From the NCBI GenBank assembly GCA_964587675.1, contig CAZPML010000001.1, forward strand, positions 1-34,410: 34,410 nt of DNA. The letters run 5' to 3'. A model generated the notes under the pieces. It saw nothing but the letters and a program-made list of their open reading frames with translations. It did not search any database and had not been told where the DNA came from. The stretch comes from an uncultured archaeon (lineage in GTDB: Archaea > Halobacteriota > Archaeoglobi > Archaeoglobales > Archaeoglobaceae). The translations under genes and the position numbers were made by a program. Shown here piece after piece: positions 15,820 to 25,993 of this stretch. Position 1 is the stretch's first letter. Each line of letters opens with the position of its first letter.

Positions 15820-17241
15820 TTATTTAATGTTAAGATTATCCTTAACGGCCTTCTCCTTCTCCTCCATGTTGGTGAAATACTGCATAGTTATAATCGCTGC
15901 TGCGGGTGAACCGCCACCGTGAATTGCACCCAAATAGTGAGAACTTGTCACCCAGAATTCAATAAACTTAATTATCTTTAGCCTCTCCTCAGAACTAAAT
16001 TTCTCACTTCCTCTTAGGTATTTTTTGACGAGTTCACCGATTTCATCGTTCTCCATATCGAATTCAGAAGGAGCTGTTACTGGAATTCCACCTGCGATCT
16101 CCGCAAGATTCATAATAGATTTACTGAATCCTTCCACTCCAATTAGTTTTCCAGCGTTTGAGAGTAATGGGTTTGGATGCCAAGCACCATTTGCATCATA
16201 ACCCTTTGTTGCGGCGCCGATTGCTATCCCGTAAACTCCCTCTCCAAACCCTATCATTTCGCTGACTTTTTGCCTTAAAGCTGGAACTTTCTCAAGCCCA
16301 TTAGCTTTTATCATGAGATTTGCTGCTCCTGCCATGGAGTCTATAAATCCAGCTTTACAAGCAGCACCAGCGCATCTATGTGAGTTTGCGAAGTAAACTA
16401 GTGTGTCTCTAGTAGCTTTAATGTCCTCGTAGATAAATACTCTCTCCCATGGGACGAAGACGTCGTCGAATATGATTGTACACGTCATCCTGTCTCCATA
16501 CTTTGGATTTCCCATTTCGTAAGCTCCACCCTCTCTAAATTTTGCTTGGCAACCCGTATTTTGAAGGATATATTTAACACCCTCATCCTCCGGCAATACC
16601 GCGAAAGCTAGAGCAAATTCTTCTTCTCCCTCCCTGAACGTTTGTGTAGGTAAAACGAAGTTTACATCCGCTGCAAAGGCTCCACTTTGATGGATTTTTG
16701 CTCCTCTAACGACTATTCCATCCTCTTTTTTATCGACCACGTGAACGAACATCTCTCTTTCATCTTTTGGTCTCTTACTTCGATCCCCCTTAACGTCAGT
16801 AAGAGCTGCTGTACAGGCAAGATCTTTTTTCTGTATCTCTTTTAATAGCTTCAGGAATTTTTGATGGTAGTCTGTACCTAGTCTCTCATCTAACGATTTC
16901 GTGGCTGAGTACAGAGCATTAATAGCATCAGATCCTGTGCATCTATAATTGCACGTTGCCAATCTCATGCTTAATTCTCTTTGATAATCAAACCTGGCGA
17001 TTAAGTCTTCTGGGGTTTTGTTTACGTAGTTCAATCTATTAACTTTTTCACCAACTAAATCCGAGAATGGGGAATACTCATCCTTTATTTTAGCTAATTC
17101 GAAAGTGTATGCTATGGCATTTACAGTTGGTTTAACATTTGGATGGTCAACGAAGTTTTCTTGGACTTTCTTTCCGGCTATATAGATTTCTCGCTTGTAT
17201 CCTCTAAGTCTTTCGATATACTCAGCCCCAGAAACTAGCAT
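15820..17241 (-). CDS. 4-hydroxybutyryl-CoA dehydratase / vinylacetyl-CoA isomerase family (AbfD-like; HpaB fold)
   Basis: Similar end to end to my recollection of clostridial AbfD (EDGIVVRGAKIHQSG, AEIAGG, HGGGSP). It has C-x3-C (TCNYRC) and H-x6-C (HRCAGAAC) in the positions of the [4Fe-4S] ligands. Confidence 0.8.
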   Translation of the reverse strand: MLVSGAEYIERLRGYKREIYIAGKKVQENFVDHPNVKPTVNAIAYTFELAKIKDEYSPFSDLVGEKVNRLNYVNKTPEDLIARFDYQRELSMRLATCNYRCTGSDAINALYSATKSLDERLGTDYHQKFLKLLKEIQKKDLACTAALTDVKGDRSKRPKDEREMFVHVVDKKEDGIVVRGAKIHQSGAFAADVNFVLPTQTFREGEEEFALAFAVLPEDEGVKYILQNTGCQAKFREGGAYEMGNPKYGDRMTCTIIFDDVFVPWERVFIYEDIKATRDTLVYFANSHRCAGAACKAGFIDSMAGAANLMIKANGLEKVPALRQKVSEMIGFGEGVYGIAIGAATKGYDANGAWHPNPLLSNAGKLIGVEGFSKSIMNLAEIAGGIPVTAPSEFDMENDEIGELVKKYLRGSEKFSSEERLKIIKFIEFWVTSSHYLGAIHGGGSPAAAIITMQYFTNMEEKEKAVKDNLNIK

Positions 17242-17320
17242 TATCTATCACCAAGAATATTTGCCATAGTCTTTACTTAAGGTTTGTGATTTATTTCTAT
17301 TTTTTATTTTTATAAAATAA

Positions 17321-19516
17321 TTAACTTATGAAGTCTTCGGCTTTTGGAATTTCAAGTTTCAAGCCCTTTCTCTTTCTTACTTCTAGAATAAAATTCTCCA
17401 ATAAACCCTGCGGAACTTGTTCGAATCCTGCATGTTCAGTGCTCCATATAGCTTTACCGGAAGTTGCACTTCTGATCGATCCTGCGAAACCGAACATTTC
17501 TTTAACTGGTGCTTTAGCGATTACGGTAACCATATCCCCCTCCGTTCTCATTTCAATTATTTGACCCCTCCTACCTTGTATTTCTCTTGTAACATTTCCT
17601 AGCATATCCTGGGGAACGGTTATGAAGAGCTTTTGATATGGTTCAAGAAGAGTGGGTTGTGCTTGTAGAATTGCCGCAAAGATTGCTGATCGAACAGCGG
17701 GAATAACTTGTGCTGGCCCTCTATGCACAGCATCCTCGTGAAGTTTACAGTCTACTAGTTTTACTTTCAGACCCATGCAAGGTTCTTTTGCAAGTGGTCC
17801 GGTACGCATAGCATCTCTGAACCCCTCCAAAATGAGTTCCATGGTCTCGTTTAGATACTGGATACCCTTTGTTACGTCACAGAATAGATTACCCTCGAAG
17901 TACTCCACAGCCCCGGCAGCCTCTTCACCAGCAAGACCTGCATCTTGTAACTTCTTCCTTCTTTCTCGTTTGTCCATTTTCATGTCAACTTCTCCTTCTC
18001 TGAATAGTTGTATTACTTCACTTGGCAAAGGTTCCACAACTAAGTAAAATTTGTTATGTTTGTTTGGTGATTTCCCTTCAACTGTAGGAGATATCGTTGT
18101 TACGGTTTCTCTGAAAACAACAATTGGTGGAGAGGTAATAACGTCTAAGTTATATTCTCTCCTAATTTTTTCTACCTTAACTTCCAAATGTAGTTCTCCC
18201 ATGCCACTTATCAGATGTTCACCAGTTTCCTCGTTTAAAGTAACATGTAATGTAGGATCCTCCTTGGCCAATCTTCGTAGAATTTCTATAAGTTTTGGAA
18301 GATCTCTTGGATTCTTTGCTTCTATAGCCATGGTAACAACCGGTTCACTGTAGTGTTTGATGCTCTCGAATGGTATGAATTCTTCAATACTTGAGCAACT
18401 TGAGCCAGCTACTGCATCCCTAAGCCCTATAACTGCAACTATATTTCCTGCAGGAATTTCAGAAACTTCAACTCTTCTTGGCCCCATGTATAATCCTACT
18501 GTCTGAACCCTGTTCTTTGACCTCCTGTCAATAATAAACAGTTCCTGTCCAGGCTTTAAGGTACCACTAAACAACCTCCCCACCGCAATCTCGCCAGCCT
18601 GAGGCTCGACAACAATTTTAGTAATCATTAAAGCAATTGGACCTTTTGGATCGCATTCTACCATAGCTTTTCCAATTTCGCTATTGATTTTCCCATGCCA
18701 GATGACTTGAATTCTATCTTTCTGAGCTTCAATTGGTGAAGGGAGATGCCTTATGACCATGTCTAGAACCACTCTATGAAGTGGAGATTTCCTAGCTAGT
18801 TCTTTTGATCCATCCTCTCGTAAGAGTTGATAAACTTCTTTAAATCCGACACCAGTTTCTTTTTGAGAGGGTACACTTACAGCCCATTTATAAAGGGCTG
18901 AACCGAAAGCTACACTTCCATCTTCGACCTTTAACATCCAATCTTTGTATTTTTCTGGTTTCATAGCTCTTATAAGTTTATTAACTTCTGTTATAACCTT
19001 AATTAGCCTATCCTGCATTTGTTGTGGAGACAATTCTAGTTCATTAATTAGTCTATCCACTTTATTAATGAAGAGAACGGGTTTTACGTGCTCTCTTAGG
19101 GCTTGTCTTAAAACAGTTTCTGTTTGTGGCATAACGCCTTCAACGGCATCTACAACGACTATAACTCCATCAACCGCTCTCATTGCTCTAGTTACGTCTC
19201 CACCGAAGTCGACGTGACCAGGCGTATCTATTAAGTTTATGAGATACTCTTCACCTTTATATTCATGGACCATTGACACATTTGCAGCATTAATTGTTAT
19301 GCCCCTTTCTTGCTCCTGTTCATCGAAATCGAGATATAATTGCTGGCCTGCCAACTCCTCGCTTATCATCCCAGCTCCAGCCAGTAAATTATCACTTAAT
19401 GTTGTTTTACCATGATCTATGTGAGCTACAATTCCCATATTTCTAATCTTCTCTGGCCTCCACATCAAGTCTCGAATTTTTTCAATCATTTTCTTGGCTC
19501 TAGTCAAATGGCTCAC
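17321..19516 (-). CDS. fusA: Translation elongation factor aEF-2
   Basis: [17 protein letters not shown] and NKVDR GTPase motifs, the diphthamide context [11 protein letters not shown], and 731-aa length. Confidence 0.97.
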   Translation of the reverse strand: MSHLTRAKKMIEKIRDLMWRPEKIRNMGIVAHIDHGKTTLSDNLLAGAGMISEELAGQQLYLDFDEQEQERGITINAANVSMVHEYKGEEYLINLIDTPGHVDFGGDVTRAMRAVDGVIVVVDAVEGVMPQTETVLRQALREHVKPVLFINKVDRLINELELSPQQMQDRLIKVITEVNKLIRAMKPEKYKDWMLKVEDGSVAFGSALYKWAVSVPSQKETGVGFKEVYQLLREDGSKELARKSPLHRVVLDMVIRHLPSPIEAQKDRIQVIWHGKINSEIGKAMVECDPKGPIALMITKIVVEPQAGEIAVGRLFSGTLKPGQELFIIDRRSKNRVQTVGLYMGPRRVEVSEIPAGNIVAVIGLRDAVAGSSCSSIEEFIPFESIKHYSEPVVTMAIEAKNPRDLPKLIEILRRLAKEDPTLHVTLNEETGEHLISGMGELHLEVKVEKIRREYNLDVITSPPIVVFRETVTTISPTVEGKSPNKHNKFYLVVEPLPSEVIQLFREGEVDMKMDKRERRKKLQDAGLAGEEAAGAVEYFEGNLFCDVTKGIQYLNETMELILEGFRDAMRTGPLAKEPCMGLKVKLVDCKLHEDAVHRGPAQVIPAVRSAIFAAILQAQPTLLEPYQKLFITVPQDMLGNVTREIQGRRGQIIEMRTEGDMVTVIAKAPVKEMFGFAGSIRSATSGKAIWSTEHAGFEQVPQGLLENFILEVRKRKGLKLEIPKAEDFIS

Positions 19517-20106
19517 CTCGCAGACTTTGCAACTCTTTCAACTTCCTCTTTCTTAGAGATTGCATAACTTCTGTTATCATTATTTGCAGCAGAAATAATT
19601 TCTTCAGCCAAACATTCAGCAATTGTTTTTTTAGATTTGAAGGAAGCAATTCTCGCTCCTTCTGCAATGTTCCTTAGAGCTATATCCAATCTACGCAAAC
19701 TTGATGTATCTACAGCCCTGGGGACCGCAATACCTCCGTACTTGAGTCTTACAACTTCTTCTCTTGGACCTGCATTTACTAATGCATCAACAAGAACTTG
19801 AATTGGATTTTTCTTAGTTCTCTCCTCGATTATTTCAAATGCTTCCTTAACAATACTATACGCTAATATCTTTTTTCCTGTATTTCTTCCTTTTCTCATA
19901 ACTTTGTTTATCAATCTTTCAACTATGAACACTTTTTGCTTTGCAAAGGGAATGTTGGCATGTCTTCCATGAGTATGTGGAACGTATCTAGGTTCTAAAT
20001 TTATATAATTTCTAAGTGCTGGGTCTTTTATTTCCACCTTACTAATGTCCCATTTGCCAAAAACTAGTAATTCATTCTTTGTAAAACCAAATCTCAAATT
20101 CTTCAC
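19513..20106 (-). CDS. rps7: 30S ribosomal protein S7 (uS7)
   Basis: Position in the str-type operon. Conserved [13 protein letters not shown] and GPREE.VRLKYGG..VP.AVD segments. 4-nt overlaps on both sides. Confidence 0.95.
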   Translation of the reverse strand: MKNLRFGFTKNELLVFGKWDISKVEIKDPALRNYINLEPRYVPHTHGRHANIPFAKQKVFIVERLINKVMRKGRNTGKKILAYSIVKEAFEIIEERTKKNPIQVLVDALVNAGPREEVVRLKYGGIAVPRAVDTSSLRRLDIALRNIAEGARIASFKSKKTIAECLAEEIISAANNDNRSYAISKKEEVERVAKSAR

Positions 20107-20540
20107 CTCAATCTTTTCTCTTTTCTGCCTCTAACTAGCTCCTTTAAGCTGGTATCGTTAACCATAACCACCTTGTACCTAACTCCCGGAATGTCACCCA
20201 TAGATCTCCCCATTCTTCCGCCAATCTTTTCAATTACGACCTCATCATGTTCGTCGATGAAATTTATAGCACCATCGCCGGGACAGAATGCTGTTATTTG
20301 CCTTCCGCTCTTGATCAACTGGACTCTTACTGCTTTTCTTATAGCGGAATTTGGTTGCCTTGCCTCTATCCCTATCTTTTCGAGAACTATTCCTCTTGCC
20401 ATAGGTGCCCCTTCTAGTGGATCGGCTTTAGTTGCTAATCCCAAAATCCTTCTTACATATCTTCTGTCACTCCACCTAAACTTCTTCCTGTTCTCTATTA
20501 ACTTTCTAGCAGCAAACAGACCTCTTCCCAAGTGCGTCAC
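20103..20540 (-). CDS. rps12: 30S ribosomal protein S12 (uS12)
   Basis: PNSAIRK.VRVQL.K.G. ITAF.PGDG signature, at the canonical position upstream of S7. Confidence 0.95.
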   Translation of the reverse strand: MTHLGRGLFAARKLIENRKKFRWSDRRYVRRILGLATKADPLEGAPMARGIVLEKIGIEARQPNSAIRKAVRVQLIKSGRQITAFCPGDGAINFIDEHDEVVIEKIGGRMGRSMGDIPGVRYKVVMVNDTSLKELVRGRKEKRLR

Positions 20541-20956
20541 CTCACGATTATATCTTCAATATCGTGATGCCTTCTTGCAAGTTCCTTCGCTTTATTAATG
20601 TTCTTACCACCTTTTCCTATCACTATCCCCTTTAAATCTGGACTTACATTTATCTGTGCAACTTTTTTGCCACCTTTATTGATTAGCTTGACATTTACCC
20701 TAATCGGTTTAAAAATGTTAGCTATGAATTCCGTTGGATTGTCTGAATGTTCAACAATCTCAATTTTTTTCCCTATAAGTTCTCTTGCCCTCTCAACATT
20801 TATTCCCCCTCTCCCAATTGCTATACCCATATCTCCCCTTCTTACAACAAAAACAACCTTATCATCATAAACGAGACAGTCCTTTACACTTGCTCCAGTT
20901 AGATTTTCAAATAACGTTAAATATCTAATACTCTCAGCGGAAAGCTTAACACCCAT
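20537..20956 (-). CDS. nusA: Archaeal NusA-like transcription termination/antitermination protein (two KH domains)
   Basis: Two GxGG KH cores ([31 protein letters not shown]), 139 aa, between L30e and S12 as in other archaea. Confidence 0.85.
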   Translation of the reverse strand: MGVKLSAESIRYLTLFENLTGASVKDCLVYDDKVVFVVRRGDMGIAIGRGGINVERARELIGKKIEIVEHSDNPTEFIANIFKPIRVNVKLINKGGKKVAQINVSPDLKGIVIGKGGKNINKAKELARRHHDIEDIIVR

Positions 20957-20968
20957 GTTATCACTCCA

Positions 20969-21232
20969 TTACTCAATTTCTTCAGTTATTGCCATTGCAG
21001 AAACACTAAACGGTTTTCCACATAATGTTCCGAGCTCTACATTCGTCCCGTCATAAATTAAAATGGGAATATCGAATTGTTTTATTTTATTGGCAATTTC
21101 CTCAGGACAATTCTTCGAGAGAATTACTAGTTTTGCCTCACCACTTTTTAAAGCCTTTAATGTTTTTTTGCTACCTAAATAATATTTACCTGACTTTAAA
21201 ACCCTTTTGATAAGAAGTTCAACATCAGTCAT
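20969..21232 (-). CDS. rpl30e: 50S ribosomal protein L30e (eL30)
   Basis: KSGKYYLGSKKTLKALKSGEAKLVILSKNCP, the L7Ae/L30e-fold signature. ATGA overlap with the rpoA'' stop (21229-21232). Confidence 0.85.
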   Translation of the reverse strand: MTDVELLIKRVLKSGKYYLGSKKTLKALKSGEAKLVILSKNCPEEIANKIKQFDIPILIYDGTNVELGTLCGKPFSVSAMAITEEIE

Positions 21233-23382
21233 TTCTTCCCCTCCAACCTGGCTATTAATTCAACATCCCCTGTCCCAAGCTTAATTGGCTGACCAACAAT
21301 GATGTTTTCAGTTATACCTCTTAATCCATCGGTCTCCCCCTTTACGGCAGCTTCAAGTAAATTATTTACAGTCATCTCGAAAGCGGCTCTTGCCAAAATA
21401 CTTTGTTTTTCCCCCGCGACACCGTGCCTTCCTATTTGTTTTAGTTCACCATCTGCAGTCATAACGTCTGCTACCAGCATTATATGTCTCGCATCGACTT
21501 CTAGACCTTGCTCCTCTAGCGTATCCAAAGCCTCTCTAATAATGGCATTTCTCGCAGCCTCTATTCCAAGAACCTCGTATATCTCATATATGTTATTTGT
21601 GATAGTTCTAGTGAAATCTACCCCCCTGACCTTCATCACTTTTTTGAGATTTGAACCTTCAGTGTACAAAACATATTCGTCCTCCTCTCTCCTGACAATT
21701 ACTCTCTTTATTTCTTTAATCCCCACGACAACCGTATCCTTTAATTTTTCAAAAGAACTCATCAAAGTTTTATATGATGGTTCAGAAATTTCTAATACAA
21801 ATGTGCCGTTATCCTCAGTGATCTCAGTTTTCACGCTTTTCACTATCTTGTTTCTAAGGTCATCTAAGCTTATTCCCTTCTCTTTTAGAGAATTCTCATC
21901 TGGTTTTATGATAATTCGCATATTTCTTATATCTACTTCGATGTCTGCAACATCTCGAACATAAGTGGCCTCTATCCTATTAGCGACTTCACGAGCTTTG
22001 TTTTTATCTCTTGCATACTCTGGCAACAACCTGATGGTCATCATCGGAGTAGATGGATTTTTCCTGACATCAAGAATCTCTATGAGTCTGGGTAAACCCA
22101 ACGTAACGTTTATTTCCGCAACTCCAGCATAATGGAACGTTCTCATTGTATTGTGGGTTATTACTCCATCAGCTGTCGTGAATGTCTCTAAGCCATCAAC
22201 AGAGATATCATAAAGGTAACCTGAATAGGATATCTTACCTATCTCTACTATCTCATCCCATTCTATTTCCTCTTTTCTTGTGAATCCTTTGATTTTTTCA
22301 AGTTCTGAAGTTTTAATTCTGAGTAAGTATTTTTCTCCTAAATTATCTTTAATTGAGAAGATACCTAACCTCGAAAATAATAGTGCCAATTTATCGATGT
22401 ATTCTTTTGATCCTTGAATTTCAACTGAATCTTTTTTCTCATTAAGCAAATCAAAGATGAGCCCCTCTATAATTCCAATGATGAATTCATTGTCTGCTGA
22501 CAGGAAATAATCCGGAATTTGTTTTTTGGTTGTTTTGCCTAATTCGACAATCTCAGTTTGGTCGGTAAGAATGCAACTATTTCCAATCTTGTAATTCAAA
22601 TTTAGTGCATCGAAGCATTTTTGTAATTTATTCAGCTTGCCTGCGTCTTGGCATTTTATAATCATCACACCATTTTGAGTTACACCACAACCAATACTCA
22701 TTCCGAGGACAAAACCTAAGTACCGATTTAACTCTAAAAAATGAGGCTTATTATTTAAATCTACGCTTACTGCTTTAATGCAATTAATTGGCAGGTATTT
22801 CAGTACCGGTATTCTATCTCCCGTTTTTAGCTCTTTTCCGCTTATGGGCTGAATTACCTCCTTTTTTGTAATAAAAGAATGATACGGTGTTGCTACTATT
22901 TTTCTTCCAGATTTTGTTTTAATTTTCAATAATTGACCATTGTAACTGTGTCTGATAACACATGCGATTTGCTTCCAGTACAGACTTTCATTAAAATCAA
23001 GACTCAAAACTTTTACTTCTATTGGTAGGTTGCATATTTCATACTCGCCAATTTTTACTGATCCAAATTCTTCGATACATTGGTCTACGAATTTTCCGAT
23101 GCTGACAATTTTAATTTCTTCACCAATTTTAACGATTATTTCTTCGTAACTTGGCAATGACATTTGTGTTCCAGGTTCCCCTATTGATTGAGCGGCAACT
23201 ATTCCGGCAGCCTCTCCGGGCTCCATTAGGTTTGCTAGGTAAGCTTCAAAGCATTTATCTATGACCTTCTTCGCTTTGCTTTTCGGTAAATTATATTTTT
23301 CCAGCTCTGATTTTATCTCCTTTTTTACGGAGTCTGGGAAGGGATATTCATCTAAAAGCAGATCGTAATTAACTTTACTCAT
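21229..23382 (-). CDS. rpoA2: DNA-directed RNA polymerase subunit A'' (precursor carrying an intein)
   Basis: The exteins read ...AAQSIGEPGTQM | TMRTFHYAGVAEINVTLGLPRLIEI..., which is the conserved A'' sequence. The 717-aa precursor minus the 337-aa insert leaves 380 aa, a normal A'' size. The start codon shares one base with the rpoA' stop (TAATG). Confidence 0.95.
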   Translation of the reverse strand: MSKVNYDLLLDEYPFPDSVKKEIKSELEKYNLPKSKAKKVIDKCFEAYLANLMEPGEAAGIVAAQSIGEPGTQMSLPSYEEIIVKIGEEIKIVSIGKFVDQCIEEFGSVKIGEYEICNLPIEVKVLSLDFNESLYWKQIACVIRHSYNGQLLKIKTKSGRKIVATPYHSFITKKEVIQPISGKELKTGDRIPVLKYLPINCIKAVSVDLNNKPHFLELNRYLGFVLGMSIGCGVTQNGVMIIKCQDAGKLNKLQKCFDALNLNYKIGNSCILTDQTEIVELGKTTKKQIPDYFLSADNEFIIGIIEGLIFDLLNEKKDSVEIQGSKEYIDKLALLFSRLGIFSIKDNLGEKYLLRIKTSELEKIKGFTRKEEIEWDEIVEIGKISYSGYLYDISVDGLETFTTADGVITHNTMRTFHYAGVAEINVTLGLPRLIEILDVRKNPSTPMMTIRLLPEYARDKNKAREVANRIEATYVRDVADIEVDIRNMRIIIKPDENSLKEKGISLDDLRNKIVKSVKTEITEDNGTFVLEISEPSYKTLMSSFEKLKDTVVVGIKEIKRVIVRREEDEYVLYTEGSNLKKVMKVRGVDFTRTITNNIYEIYEVLGIEAARNAIIREALDTLEEQGLEVDARHIMLVADVMTADGELKQIGRHGVAGEKQSILARAAFEMTVNNLLEAAVKGETDGLRGITENIIVGQPIKLGTGDVELIARLEGKK
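22150..23160 (-). mobile_element. Intein (337 aa, Ser1 ... His-Asn / Thr+1) with a LAGLIDADG-like endonuclease-sized insert, inside rpoA''
   Basis: The N-terminal splice residue Ser is TCA, the reverse complement of 23158-23160. Block B is TxxH (ATPYHSF). Block F/G is YLYDISVDGLETFTTADGVITHN, with Asn at 22150-22152 followed by Thr. Central YLGFVLGMSIGCG and FIIGIIEGLIFDL resemble LAGLIDADG motifs. Confidence 0.85.
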
Positions 23383-25982
23383 TATTTGGCCTCCCCTAAA
23401 ACTTCTTTAATTATCCTCCTAACATCTACAGCTCTACCTCTATAACTCCTCATTGGGTCTATCCCATCTTCTCCATATCTAAATTGCACGAGAGCTCCCG
23501 AAGTTTGCTCTCTTACTGTTCCATCATATTCGATTTTTAAATCTTGTAATGCATTTATCATTCTTCGCTGGAGATAACCCGATTGTGAGGTTCGGACTGC
23601 TGTATCTACTAAACCCTCCCTTCCACCAGCAGCATGGAAGAAGAACTCAACCGGGGAAAGTCCCCTTTTGTAGCTGCTTTTCACGAATCCTCTAGCTCTA
23701 GCTCCTAAATCACCAGGTTTAAAATGACTCAGGGTTCTATTTGAGTATGTAAATCCTCTAGCTATTCTTTCACCCCTGACAGATTGTTGTCCTATGCAAG
23801 CAGCCATCTGAGTAAGATTTAGCATAGAGCCTCTAGCTCCGCTTACTGCCATGATTACAGCAGCATTGTCCATTCCGAGGTGTCTTCCAGCTATTCTGCC
23901 AGCCTTATCTCTAGCTCTTCCAAGTTCTTGCATAATTCTCATTTCTAACGTTTCCTCAAGACTTCGTCCCGGCATGGGTTCGAGATTGCCTTCCTTGTAA
24001 GCTTGAATTAATTCGCCAACTTTTCTCTCTGCTTCTGCTATGACCTCCTCTATTTGCTGAACGGCCTCAGGCGGAATGTCCTCATCATCGATTCCTATGG
24101 TAAAGCCAAGTCTACTAATGACTCTGATTGCTAACTGAGTCATGTTATCGATAAATTTTCTAGCCTCTTTTCTGCCAAATCTTCTGACTATTTCATCAAT
24201 TATGATTCCTTTGAAAGCTCCTACGGCTTTTTCATCGATCGTTCCAGTCAATAAATTGCCATTTGAGATCACCACATATGCATCATGTTCGCAGTCCTTT
24301 CCTTTACACTCCTCGCACCCTTGACATATTTCAGCTCTGAATTCAAGTGTTATGTCAGGCAGTATAAAACTAAAAATTTCTTTCCCGGTATATTCGTCCT
24401 TATACGGTATTTCTGGTATATCCAGTGATCTTAAAAGCTGCATAGCTTCCTCTCGGCTGAATTTCTTCTCGCCCCTAGTTAGCAGGTAGAGACCACTTAT
24501 GTGATCGTGAATGCCGCCAACAATTGGTCCGCCAAATCTTGGTGAAAGAATGTGTTCTTGCACAGCCATCAGAATCTTAGCTTCGGCTTGGGCCTCTAAA
24601 CTTTGTGGAACATGTAGGTTCATCTCATCTCCATCGAAATCTGCGTTGTAAGGTGGGCAGACCGCTGGATTTAGTCGAAAAGTCTTGTAAGGAAGAACTT
24701 TAACATAGTGTGCCATTATACTCATCCTATGTAATGAGGGTTGCCTGTTGAAAAGCACTATATCTCCATCCATCAGTTGTCTCTCAACAATCCATCCTGG
24801 CTCAAGTTTTTCTGCTAGCTCCTCCTTGTTACTCTCTATTACCCTAATTCTTCTCCCGTCTGGTCTTACCACATAATTTGCTTTTGGGTGATCACTTCTA
24901 AGAATAAATTCTCTCGCTAAATCAATGTTTTCTGGAGTAACATAGAGTGGCACGGTAAGTTCTTCAGCAATTTCCTTTGGAACTCCAACTTCACCTATGC
25001 TTAAGCATGGATCTGGACTGATTACCGTTCTGGCGGAGAAGTTAACTCTCTTTCCAGATAGTGATCCCCTAAATCTCCCCTCCTTTCCTTTAAGTCTTTG
25101 AGCGAGAGTTTTTAGCGGTCTCCCACTTCTGTGTCTTGCTGGGGGTATTCCGCTGACTTCATTGTCTAAATAAGTTGTCACATGGTATTGGAGTAATTCC
25201 CATAAGTCTTCGAGGATTTGTTGTGGTGCTCCAGCTTCTTTGTTTTCTAAAAATCTTTGATTAATCCTGATTATGTCTACTAGCTTGTGAGTTAGATCAT
25301 CCTCACTCCTTTGACCAGTTTCAAGAATTATTGAGGGTCTTACAGTTACCGGAGGAACGGGTAACACTGTAAGTACGAACCATTCAGGCCTGACTGCACT
25401 TGGATTTAAGCCAAAGGCTGGCAAGTCCTCATCCGGGATTTTTTCCAGTCTCTCTCTTACGTCCTTTGGTGTGAGTCTGTGTTCGCCTTCATAGTAAAAT
25501 GTCGGTTTTTCGAACTTGATTTCAATTTGTTCTTCACCGCAGTGTGGGCATTTTTTAACAGCCTTTGTTAGTCTGAAAACTTCCTTCACAACTTCATCAA
25601 AATTTTGATTAAGTTTTTTTAACCTCTCTATCTCCTCGATAAACTTGTCTCTCTTCTCATTTTTTAGTAATATCCTACCACATTCCCTACATGTTCCATT
25701 TAATAGTCTAGCAATTAACTTCGCATAACCAACGTGTATAACCGGTGCGGCAAGCTCTATATGTCCAAAATGTCCAGGACATTCCCCAGCTTTTCCACCA
25801 CAAGTCCTACATCGCAGTCCTGGATCTATGACGCCAAGTTTTGTATCCATTAATCCGCCCTCAATTGGAAATCCATCATCGTCGTAAGTTTCTGGCGTAA
25901 TTATTTTAGCAACACTCATTCTCCTTATTTCGTGGGGTGAGAGAACTTCAAATTGGATTGAAGCTATTCTTTTTGGTACCAT
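23382..25982 (-). CDS. rpoA1: DNA-directed RNA polymerase subunit A'
   Basis: Zn-binding CRTCGG...CPGHFGHIEL, the catalytic NADFDGDEMN motif, and 866-aa length. Confidence 0.97.
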   Translation of the reverse strand: MVPKRIASIQFEVLSPHEIRRMSVAKIITPETYDDDGFPIEGGLMDTKLGVIDPGLRCRTCGGKAGECPGHFGHIELAAPVIHVGYAKLIARLLNGTCRECGRILLKNEKRDKFIEEIERLKKLNQNFDEVVKEVFRLTKAVKKCPHCGEEQIEIKFEKPTFYYEGEHRLTPKDVRERLEKIPDEDLPAFGLNPSAVRPEWFVLTVLPVPPVTVRPSIILETGQRSEDDLTHKLVDIIRINQRFLENKEAGAPQQILEDLWELLQYHVTTYLDNEVSGIPPARHRSGRPLKTLAQRLKGKEGRFRGSLSGKRVNFSARTVISPDPCLSIGEVGVPKEIAEELTVPLYVTPENIDLAREFILRSDHPKANYVVRPDGRRIRVIESNKEELAEKLEPGWIVERQLMDGDIVLFNRQPSLHRMSIMAHYVKVLPYKTFRLNPAVCPPYNADFDGDEMNLHVPQSLEAQAEAKILMAVQEHILSPRFGGPIVGGIHDHISGLYLLTRGEKKFSREEAMQLLRSLDIPEIPYKDEYTGKEIFSFILPDITLEFRAEICQGCEECKGKDCEHDAYVVISNGNLLTGTIDEKAVGAFKGIIIDEIVRRFGRKEARKFIDNMTQLAIRVISRLGFTIGIDDEDIPPEAVQQIEEVIAEAERKVGELIQAYKEGNLEPMPGRSLEETLEMRIMQELGRARDKAGRIAGRHLGMDNAAVIMAVSGARGSMLNLTQMAACIGQQSVRGERIARGFTYSNRTLSHFKPGDLGARARGFVKSSYKRGLSPVEFFFHAAGGREGLVDTAVRTSQSGYLQRRMINALQDLKIEYDGTVREQTSGALVQFRYGEDGIDPMRSYRGRAVDVRRIIKEVLGEAK

Positions 25983-25993
25983 ACGAAAACACC

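Noticed and set aside
20969-21232. L30e looked short (87 aa), raising the possibility of truncation or a pseudogene.
   Set aside because: The conserved core (KSGK..LG.K.T.K....G.AKLVI.S.NCP ... GK....V.AI) is intact. The ATGA coupling to rpoA'' and the SD before nusA are preserved. The length is within a plausible range for archaeal eL30.
21299-21964. A 221-aa ORF on the plus strand, plus many other 60-147-aa ORFs antisense to rpoA'', rpoA', rpoB', rpoB'', EF-2, S12, NusA, pyrG, guaA, ade and aIF5B (for example 26610-27053, 20173-20598, 17775-18353, 30228-30596).
   Set aside because: All lie entirely inside strongly supported genes on the opposite strand. Their translations are low-complexity S/T/F/L/I/P strings, which is the mirror image of K/E/I-rich codons. 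None has a recognisable motif, SD or promoter. They look like ordinary antisense-frame artefacts of biased codon usage.
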